Assembly: GCA_965645245.1 (NCBI GenBank) | Contig: OZ287070.1 | Location: 62,001 to 126,000 of the forward strand | Length of the DNA stretch: 64,000 bases | From: Massalongia carnosa | Lineage: Eukaryota | Direction of reading: 5' to 3' | Shown here: positions 36,435 through 45,907 of the stretch, piece after piece | Layout of the letters: each line of letters begins with the position of its first letter | How positions within the stretch are numbered: the first letter of the stretch is position 1 | Notes under the pieces: model-generated | The model's database searches: none | What the model was told of the DNA's origin: nothing | The model's input: the letters and a program-made list of their open reading frames with translations, nothing else | Program-made: the position numbers and the translations under genes

Positions 36435-38051
36435 CTAACCGCCCCATTCTTATCCATCGCGGAGTCCTTTCCATACACCTTGACGGACAATCTAACAAAT
36501 ATCCCACCGGGCCCATTGAAGAAAGAAGGCTGGGAGAAACATTTGGCCAATCACCCGGATCGCACTTACACACAAACAATTATCGATATCATCACCTACG
36601 GTGCCAAAGTTGGTTATACAGGACCACATCAACTCATTATTAGCGATAATCTTGCCTCTGCAAATGAGGCACCGGAAGTTCTTACCAATGACCTCGAAGA
36701 ACAAATAGCTAGTAATCGGTTGGAGAAAGTCAACAACATTCCTTCTTGCTTTATATGTTCCCCATTAGGCCTTGTACCAAAGGCTAACGGTGGTTGGCGG
36801 CGAATCCATCATCTATCGTATCCGGAGAGTAGCTCAGTCAACGACCACATACCGGAAGACTGGGGCTCCCTGGAATATACCAGCTTCGACGAAGCCATTA
36901 GGTTGATTGAGCAACGCGGGCCAGGGTGTATTCTTATTAAAAGAGACTTTGCGGACGCTTTTCGCCACATACCAGTAGCAAAAAGCGATTGGTGGTTACT
37001 AGGTTTCAAGTGGCAGGATTCCTTTTGGATGGATAAATACTTACCCTTTGGGCTGAGAACGTCGCCGTTCCTTTTTGATCTGTTCGCGAAGGGTATCAAC
37101 TGGATATTGTACAACTGTGGTTGGAAAGACGCTATTCATTACTTGGATGATTTTTTAATAATAGTCAGCACCGGACCAGATGCTGAAAAGTTTGATCAAG
37201 TTTTCCACAACATTTGTAAAGATCTTGGCATGAAAATCAAGCTCGAAAAGAACAGAACTGGAACGACTTGCGATTTCCTCGGCATTGAAATCGATACCGC
37301 GCTCATGGAAGCACGCTTGCCTTCCGAAAAGTTACTAAAAGCAAAGACCCTAGTATCGGCAGCTTTGAATAAAAAAGCCATACCCAGGAAGGAACTCGAC
37401 TCTCTTCTAGGATTCTTATGCTTTGCAGCCAGAGTGGTAAAACCAGGAAGAGCCTTTCTACGCCGTCTTTTCAATGCTACGGCAAGCGTAACCTCTAAAC
37501 TAATCCATCTTAACAAGGACATGAGGGCTGATCTTCTATGGTGGCATCATTTCCTACCTAAATGGAATGGCATACATCTGCTCAACCGTACTAGACATAC
37601 TATGAGAATATGGACAGATGCGTCCGGCTCATATGGTATGGGCGGCTTTATCCTCAGCGAGGATCAAAATTTGCATAATATACAAGCAGCCCGGCAGGCT
37701 TTTAGCACACGCTTTACTACGCGCCTTAGGGCAAAGCATATCAACGTCAAAGAAATGACAGCAATTCTTCAAGCTATGAAAAAGTGGCTACCTATATGCA
37801 AGGGTAGTCATTTAATCCTCTATTGTGATAGCTACGCTGTCACGAAAGGAGTGAATAAAACCTCTATACGAGGCCAAGCAATGCATGCCCTGCGGGCAAT
37901 TACAATGCTAGCTGCATTACATGATATCCAGATAGAAGCGCGATGGATATCATCCAAAGAAAATTATATTGCTGATCTCTTGTCTAGAGGACTTTTGAAG
38001 AAACTGGCTGACAAAATCCCTCAGTTTCAGGCTCTACCCTCAGCAATATAG
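36435..38051 (+). CDS. pol: RT/RNase H of YR element 2, in frame with gag, no upstream ATG
   Basis: SPLGLVPK, KRDFADAFR, LPFGLRTSP, YLDDF, TDASG, INVKE, CDS, NYIADLLSR; frame open from the gag stop. Confidence 0.95.
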   Translation, partial: LTAPFLSIAESFPYTLTDNLTNIPPGPLKKEGWEKHLANHPDRTYTQTIIDIITYGAKVGYTGPHQLIISDNLASANEAPEVLTNDLEEQIASNRLEKVNNIPSCFICSPLGLVPKANGGWRRIHHLSYPESSSVNDHIPEDWGSLEYTSFDEAIRLIEQRGPGCILIKRDFADAFRHIPVAKSDWWLLGFKWQDSFWMDKYLPFGLRTSPFLFDLFAKGINWILYNCGWKDAIHYLDDFLIIVSTGPDAEKFDQVFHNICKDLGMKIKLEKNRTGTTCDFLGIEIDTALMEARLPSEKLLKAKTLVSAALNKKAIPRKELDSLLGFLCFAARVVKPGRAFLRRLFNATASVTSKLIHLNKDMRADLLWWHHFLPKWNGIHLLNRTRHTMRIWTDASGSYGMGGFILSEDQNLHNIQAARQAFSTRFTTRLRAKHINVKEMTAILQAMKKWLPICKGSHLILYCDSYAVTKGVNKTSIRGQAMHALRAITMLAALHDIQIEARWISSKENYIADLLSRGLLKKLADKIPQFQALPSAI

Positions 38052-39067
38052 GACGCGATCCACCCCCATCTTGGTACAGTGAGGTACCTCTAGACGAAAT
38101 CGCAGCACGATACCTCTGGTGGGGCCTGGCCACTAAGACAAGATCTTTATACACAACGGCAAGAAAGGGATACGTTCTTTACTGTAGGGTAAACCTCAAC
38201 GCGCCACCATTTCCAGCCAACATCCGGACGCTGTCTTCGTGGATCGCAGCGTTGGGTGAACGACGCCTGCAACCAAAAACTATTAAGAGCTACTTGACGG
38301 GCATAAGATCATGCCAGATAGATATGGGCCTCGGTAATCTCGACGTATTTCATCACCCGGTGTTAGATCGCATCCTTACTGGCATAAAGCGAAAGAACGG
38401 TGAAGCCGAGAAACGTGAAAGGTTACCAATTACTAGAGAGATCTTAATCAAATTGCTAAGTCGTCTTGATCAAACGAAAGAGAAAGGCGCAAATTTACAT
38501 GCGGCGTACTGCTTAGCGTTTGCAGGCTTCTTACGAGCCGGAGAATTTACTTACACAACGCAAGATGTACTAGACCCAAGCTTTGATCAATGGCACCTCA
38601 CCAGAAAATCTATTAGGTTCGAAGCAGATCACCTACAGCTCTCTCTACCAGTCTCCAAAACCGATTCCTTTCGCCGAGGCATAACACTGACAATTGCGGC
38701 TACCAACGATGTTGCTTGTGCACTAGCTTCTCTTACAAATTTATATAGGCGATTCCCAAGTTCTCCGGCCGCACCACTCTTTAAAAACGGTCAGTCCTTC
38801 ACTCGAGACTACATTACAACAGCGATGAAATCCACCTTAAGGAACTTGGGCTATATAGGAAATTTCTCTGGCCACTCGTTCAGAAGAGGTGCGGCAACAA
38901 CAGCGCGACGGGCAGGACTCACCGAAGACGAGATTCAGATGCTAGGAAGATGGAAGTCAGACGCATACAAGCTTTACATACAAACCCACCCCACTTACCT
39001 TCTTAACGCCTCAAAACGCCTTCAAACATTACCCACGGAACCTCACAATCCAGTCACTAGGTCCTGA
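38012..39067 (+). CDS. Tyrosine recombinase of YR element 2
   Basis: Open from 38012; FAGFLRAGEF, SKTD, GHSFRRG, LGRWKSDAYKLY catalytic set; first ATG only at 38324. Confidence 0.95.
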   Translation, partial: QNPSVSGSTLSNIGRDPPPSWYSEVPLDEIAARYLWWGLATKTRSLYTTARKGYVLYCRVNLNAPPFPANIRTLSSWIAALGERRLQPKTIKSYLTGIRSCQIDMGLGNLDVFHHPVLDRILTGIKRKNGEAEKRERLPITREILIKLLSRLDQTKEKGANLHAAYCLAFAGFLRAGEFTYTTQDVLDPSFDQWHLTRKSIRFEADHLQLSLPVSKTDSFRRGITLTIAATNDVACALASLTNLYRRFPSSPAAPLFKNGQSFTRDYITTAMKSTLRNLGYIGNFSGHSFRRGAATTARRAGLTEDEIQMLGRWKSDAYKLYIQTHPTYLLNASKRLQTLPTEPHNPVTRS

Positions 39068-39930
39068 ACAACACCGCAAGCGGGTCGTTCCATGTTGGGG
39101 ATTGGGAGTCTGTTCACAGCCCAAGGCCTGCGAGAGGGTCTTACATTAGTAGACAGCAAGGCCCTTATCGAGTCCCCCTCTCGAGGCCGGGGGCTGTGAG
39201 CAATAGCCCAAACATACTTAGTAGCAATATAACGAGATTGACACGAACTAGCTAGTTCGGCTATGCTGAGAGCTAGTGCGTCGTTAATCGAGACAGCTCC
39301 CGCTTTGATTTCGGCACCGCATGGATCTCTCGGACGGCATAGATGTCTCAGCACCATAAGGATGTCTCAGCACGGCATAGAGATCTTAGCACCGCATCGA
39401 TCCTTCGGACGACAGTTAGGTTTCGGATTTGTGTATGCCTTGCTATGGGCCGCGTTGATGGGGCATACTGGGATGGTAGAGTAGGACAAGGAGAATAGGA
39501 AGAAGATATATAAAGAGGAGGTCCCAGACGGTATCCCTCATCATCTCACATCTCAAGACAATCAAAAAGCATAGCATTTTGATAGCACTGTTTGCAACGT
39601 TTTCTTTCCCACCCACCCACTCCAGTTCTTCTGTCGCTTAGATAGAGGGAGTCTGTTCACAGCCCAAGGCCTGCGAGAGGGTCTTACATTAGTAGACAGC
39701 AAGGCCCTTATCGAGTCCCCCTCTCGAGGCCGGGGGCTGTGAGCAATAGCCCAAACATACTTAGTAGCAATATAACGAGATTGACACGAACTAGCCTATC
39801 TTGGAGAGTTTTAACTCTCTCTTGACCATCAGTACACCTCAGTATTGTTTTGGTGAGTCTACTGTTGCCAGCACAAAGCCTTATTGTTGCAATTGTAAAT
39901 CTACGACTATCATTACTACTGCAGGATTCG

Positions 39931-42900
39931 ATGGAAAGCTCTTCGCATGAAAGTAGGTCCTTGTTTAGTCACAAGGCTAGTAAGGCAAAACAGGACTCTA
40001 CAGGAGTTTCAGTGCAAGGATCTTCCACAACACAATCAACGAAGCCTGATTCTGCCTCTATTCTGACGTCGGTGAGCTCTAAATCTGCTCCGGATTCAAC
40101 TGAAGAGGCGAGATCGATCGAAGCATCTTCCTCAACGGGTGCGCAAGCTCAGAATGTACAGAGTGGTCTCTGGTACATTGCGCTGCAGAAACTATCGTCA
40201 GAGGAGAAAGCAGCTATTCAGCAAATATCCTTGAATTTTAATCCTGTTCATGCTGCGTTGCCATGGGCGGGAGTTAGGAATTTTGATCCTGTTCATGCTG
40301 CGTTGCCATGGGCGGGAGTCAGGTTTCTGCTTCAGGTGAGATTGGATCTTCCTTTGACATGATCTTGAAAAGATCTAACTCTGAAAAAGATGGCGTTGGG
40401 AGAAAGCGAGTTGATAGCAGCTTTACTTGTTGGGGAAGACAAGGTAACGCAACTTATCAATCGGTGCACAATATATGAACGCCTTTACCTTTCTTCTGAG
40501 GTATCCGGACCGTCCACACTTGCTATGGAGAACTTGACAACGGCGTTGACAGCCTTGTATCTCGTTGTGTTAAGATTCCTTGCCCGTGCCAAGAAATTCT
40601 ATGATAAAGGATCTGTATCTCGAACTCTGGGGAGTGGGTTTGGTTTGAAAGTTCTCGAATTTGTTGAGAGTTGTAAGGACTTAGAAACCCAAGTAGATAC
40701 GGAGGCAAGAAATTTGGATCGCATTCAAGATCGGGAGGCAACTATGAAGCTAAAGAGCTTATTTGAAGACTTGAGAAGCCCAATCTTGCGCGTCGATGCT
40801 CGAGTGAGTGCTTTGAGCGATGAATATGAAGTGAACAAGCGAAATAAAATACTCTCTTGGATATCCGACATTCCATACAAGGGCATCCACAATGTTGCTC
40901 GCAAAGGATGGACGAAGGGGACTGGAAATTGGCTGCTGGAGCATGACCGATATTTAAAATGGCGTGCGTCTAGCGCATCTACAATATTATGGCTGCACGG
41001 AATACGTAAGTGCATATACAATATCTAGCATTTCTTACTGACTGTGTCCATCAGCTGGCGCTGGCAAAACTAAACTTGTGTCAACAGTCGTCGATGATCT
41101 GACTAAAAGTTTTGCTCAGCAATCGAATGACGAGGCGTTGGCCTACTTTTATTGCGATCGCAATCAGCCTAATCGTCAAGACCCAGCAGTAATCATGAGC
41201 AGCTTCGTGCGGCAATTATCGGGAGTCGAAAGCAGCAACACGATTCAACGTCCGATCGTTCAAAGGTATGAAATAGAGCAAAAAAATGGCTTTTCCTCAG
41301 GAGGGCTCGAGATTGAGGAAAGTTTTAATCTTCTACTTCAGCTGATTGAAATTTATTCTCAAATCACGCTAGTTGTGGACGCTTTGGATGAGTGCAACAA
41401 GGAAACGAGGGCCTCTTTCATGGAAAATTTAGACATCTTGGTCAGCGGCAAGTCTTCTAACTTGGTAAAAATTTTCATCTCGAGCAGGCCAGACCTAGAT
41501 ATCAAACACCGATTTAGTGGTGGACCAAACATGGAAATCAGGGCAACGGATAATGAGAAGGACATAGCAATGTTTATTGACGATAAGATCAAGGATAAAA
41601 AGGAATGGTATTGCAAGATAAGTTCCGAACTTAGAGAGCTCATCTCGGAGACATTGGTGAGCAAAAGCGACGGAATGTAAGTTTCTATAACCGTCGGCCA
41701 CTAGCATTGATTTTCTAAGAGTAGAATAGGTTTCAGTGGGCATCTCTTCAGATTATTCAACTGCATAAACTCCTGCCCCGTAGACGCGAAATTGAAGAGC
41801 GACTAGGCAAACTTCCTAAGGACCTTGATGCGGCATATGACGAACTATATCGCAGAATTAAGGCTCAGGATGGAAGTGCGCCCGAAATTGCCGACCGTGC
41901 ATTTCAATGGATTATGTATTCCGTTGTCCCCTTATCACCAGAAGCATTAATCGCTGGGGTTTGTCAAGATCACAACACGGACGTTGTAGACCCTGTGGAT
42001 GTCGATATCAATTTTCTTCTCGACGCTTGTCAAAACTTAATCGTCGTTGATTCTCAGCTTCATATCTGCCGATTTTCCCACTTATCAGTTCAAGAATATC
42101 TGGAAAAACATTGGGGATACTATGATGCGAATGCTCTAATAGCGAAAGTATGTTTGTCTTTGTTGAATGATCCAGTTCAACAAAAACGGAATACCGAATT
42201 GCAAGACGAAAACAAAGAACTCGACGACATTATTCGCTACGCAAGATTCTGTTGGGCAGATCACGTACAAAACCACGATAAAGAAAGGATTGCTTCTCGT
42301 TTAGCGATAATTTTAAAGCAATTCCTTGGATCCTTCAACGAAAGCAGCTCAGCGTACAAGAGTTGGCTTGAAATAATAGACACGGATATAAATAAGAGAT
42401 ATCTTGACGTGCAGGTGTTTAATACCAGTCTGGTATATAAAGTATTTCATAGTATTAGTCCATCTTCTTTAACTTTACTGGTAATATCAGCGTTTGGATT
42501 CAATAAAATCATATTCGATTGGTGGGAAACGGCTGTTTTCGATGTCGAGACACGTAATAAGAATAATGAATCATTACTGCATATTGCAAGTCGATACGGT
42601 CATCCTTTCATTGTCATGATTTTATTGAGGAAAGGGGCGGATGTCAACGCGCAGAGGGGAATATACGGCAACGCGCTGCAGGCGGCATCGTCGAGAGGTC
42701 ACGAGATGGTGGTGCAGCTGCTGCTGGAGAAGGGGGCGGACATCAACGCGCAGGGCGGAGAGTACGGTAACGCGCTGCAGGCGGCATCGTCGCGAGGTCA
42801 CGAGGCGGTGGTGCACTTGCTGCTGGAGAAGGGGGCGGACGTCAACGCGCAGGGCGGATGGTACGGCAACGCGCTGCAGGCGGCATCGTCGGAAGGTCAC

Positions 42901-43629
42901 GAGGCGGTGGTGCAGCTGCTGCTGGAGAAGGGGGCGGACGTCAACGCGCAGGGCGGATGGTACGGCAACGCGCTGCAGGCGGCATCGTCGAGAGGTCACG
43001 AGGCGGTGGTGCAGCTGCTGCTGGAGAAAGGGGCGGACGTCAACGCGCAGGGCGGACCGTACGGCAACGCGCTGCAGGCGGCATCGTCGAGAGGTCACGA
43101 GGCGGTGGTGCAGCTGCTGCTGGAGAAAGGGGCGGACGTCAACGCGCAAGGCGGACGACTTAACAACGCGCTGCAGGCGGCATCGTGTGGAGGTCACGAG
43201 AAAATCGTGCAGTTGCTGTTGAACAGCAAAGCGGACGTGAACGCGCAAGGCGGATACCTTGGCAACGCGCTGCAGGCGGCATCGTTGAGAGGTTATGAGG
43301 AAATCGTGCAATTGGTGTTGAACAGCGGAGCGAACGTGAACGCGCAAGGCGGACGATTTGACAACGCGCTGCAGGCGGCTTCGTGGAATGGCTACAAGGC
43401 GGTGGTGCAGCTACTGCTCGAGAACGGGGCGGACGTTAACGCGCAAGGCGGAGAAACTGAAAAGCATGAGGTTATATCGATATTTGCCAATGACGAGAGG
43501 CTTCAGCCGTTGTATTCATCCGCTCTGAAAAATACCAGCATTGGTGCCACCCGATTTGAGGATACTTTTCGCCGATTGTTAAAACGTTACGCTAAAGATT
43601 TGGATAATGAGGCACAAGTAGGACTTTAG
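39931..43629 (+). CDS. NLR-like NACHT NTPase with ankyrin repeats; exons 39931-40335, 40390-41005, 41055-41676, 41730-43629
   Basis: PVHAALPWAGVR N-terminal motif; Walker A HGIP/GAGKT across an intron; Walker B VVDALDE; ISSRP; GM/FQW; HLSVQEYL; three GT-AG introns preserve the frame. Confidence 0.9.
42628..43452 (+). repeat. About 8 near-identical 99-bp ankyrin units
   Basis: GADVNAQGGxYGNALQAASxxGHEAVVQLLLEK repeats, visibly GC-richer than the flanks. Confidence 0.95.
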
Positions 43630-45348
43630 AGAAATACTGCGTTGCTGATTCGCGTTTGTGCTAATGATATTCGCGTTTGTGCTAATGATATTGCAATCGC
43701 TATTAGGAGTCAATTTGACTTAGAAGATATTGAATATTCAAAACGCATTGAACAGTTGAAAATGCACGGTTCTGAGCCCGCGAAGCTCATGATGCTTGAT
43801 CGTTATTTGAGCGGCTTTGCTGCTAGGAGCAAAAAAACAAGGGAGATGAAAAGTCCTCTTGTTCCGAGGGACAGATCTGACGCCCGTTATTTGTCAAAAG
43901 AAACAGCTTCCGACAGTGAGGTTGTTAATGATCAAAGTTCAGACAGTTATAAATCGGCAGACGATTTTTCAAACAGCTTCCCGTCTTTCACTGAAGTCAA
44001 GCAGTTTATGGTTCAAAGTAACGCTTTCAATAGTCTTCGACAGCACCTGGATCGGTTTGTGCACCCAGATCATGAGGTCCCTAGCAATATATCTGCTTCC
44101 ACGGTTAGCTATGCCACCGATAACATCTGGTCGTCAAATTTACACCTTGGACAATGACTACCCATCCTGGATTTTTAGATCGGATTAAAAATATTATAGA
44201 GAAGTGGATCTGAAACCCAATCATTTGGTGGCCACTACAACCAACGAGAGCCCGATGCCCAAATGGCTTTACGAGGATATCTTGGTCATGTGTAAGTTGA
44301 TTCGTTGAAGCTATTACAAAGACTTTGAAAGCCGTGTGATATATTTCAGATAATTGTCAGCTCTAGACATGAATTTCGCCCAGCTGATTTGTTCATATTC
44401 AGGCCTGTGGAGTCGAGCTCTCAGTCGATATTCCTGATGAGGTGGCGAAAGAGTATCAGAAAATATGCTCATCCGCTGCATCGACTTCAACAAATCAGCC
44501 TGTTCTCCCCTTACACAATAATTCACTTATCGCCTCGTCCTCTAGTATTTCTACTCAAACTCAAACCAAGACACTATCTTCAAGTCGGACGGTCCAAAGG
44601 TCTCCAACTGTCTTGAATCCAGGTAACAATAGCGGTGCTGCACAACATTCTCTGCATTCTGATCAATATATTCACTGGTGTGTGGATGTTAGGAGATACG
44701 AGACTATGCTCAATCATATCTCAATATTAGCTCCTTATGATGTAAACCTCGTCCCCAAACTCAAATCTGCATATGACACTACTCGCGGCTTTCGACGATG
44801 GGTTTCCCTAACCGCCTGCTATGGTGTTAAATTTGTTGTTGTAAGATGTCACCTCACCTGATTTAAATCTTTAATCCTAATATCTCACAGTTTGAGCGGA
44901 TAAATCGTAGCGGAGATTTCATTACTTGTGGCAAAGAAGATTTACCATGCTCAAAAACGAACAGCGATTATTCATACTCATACAAAGATCCTCGAGAATA
45001 ATTTATCAAAACCCTAGAGAAGAGCTTAATGCACAGCTTTCACAATCCTGGCGGCTGCTGCCCTCAAGATATTGAAGATATTATTAGACGCATACCAAAA
45101 AAAATAAATGGCAGATTGGATGAGGATATGGCGTGTTAGGATATGGCATGCATGCTTTACCCGGATGGGCATTCTGGAAACTGATGGTTGGCTTATTTTT
45201 GACTCAAATTGGACCTTCAATATTTTTTATCAAGTGGCTCTGTGGGCACCCAGGTGACCTCCAAAATGCGTTTTCTTTGTCGTTATACCTTCTTGCTCTT
45301 TTGAATCTCCTAGTGTTAGTTCCCGACATCTGGAGTTTTCAGAAATAA
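43453..45348 (+). pseudogene. Fragment of a second intron-containing gene with hydrophobic C-terminus, fused to the ankyrin array
   Basis: IGATRFEDTFRRLL, WWPL..RISWSC/ACG across intron ~44292-44402, GDLQNAF; stops at 43627, 44155, ~44211. Confidence 0.6.
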
Positions 45349-45907
45349 AGCTTCTTTGCATTTTCTCACTTTGGGTTCCAAAACAGTCATTGTAGCGTAT
45401 AATATCATGGCTGCTTAGTTATGAGCTCTATCGACGAGATTGGTATGCAGATGTGCAATTAATTGCCAGAGAGTAATGTCAACGTCTAGCTTACAGTTTC
45501 TATTCGTCCGGAACCCACCCAGATTCAGAGATATTATACAAACAATCAACAAGCAACCCAAGTATTTCAAATCCATGAGCAGGCTTGTACAATACCTTGA
45601 GAGCGATACAAGCCAGAATGGAAAAGCAAGCGCTAGTAAAACGGATAACATATATTAAGAAAAACCTAGGATACATCAGAAAGACACTGAGAAATACTCA
45701 AGAGCTGTTGAAAGGGGTATAGTCAGAAAATCCGTGAATCAACAATTGGCGGAGCATCATGCTTCTCAGCAGGAGCCAGAAGTCGAGCGGGGGAGAGCCA
45801 AAAGCGGACCTGGGAGGGGAGCCGGATAAGGATACACTCCGTTTGCAAAAGGGAACTAATACCGGGACACCCCTTTTCACTACCTTGACACCCTAATTCT
45901 CTAGGTT

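Larger units (their letters stand above)
34857..39795 (+). mobile_element. Apparently intact Ngaro/PAT-type YR retrotransposon with split direct repeats
   Basis: A1 34857-35211 matches A2 39253-39607 (355 bp); B1 39104-39252 matches B2 39647-39795 (149 bp); order A1-ORFs-B1-A2-B2; no conventional TSD. Confidence 0.96.

Noticed and set aside
36431..36643. ATGA stop-start 70-aa ORF as the start of pol
   Set aside because: Different frame from RT, no RT motifs; the RT frame is the gag frame.
38012..38051. -1 ribosomal frameshift from pol into YR
   Set aside because: Frames overlap but I see no canonical slippery heptamer; splice signals fit both elements better. Not fully excluded.
38012..39067. 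Starship captain, Crypton or phage integrase
   Set aside because: Short YR lies downstream of gag and RT/RNase H within split direct repeats, the DIRS-order layout.
42622..43347. Repetitive alternate-frame and antisense ORFs
   Set aside because: By-products of the GC-rich ankyrin repeats.
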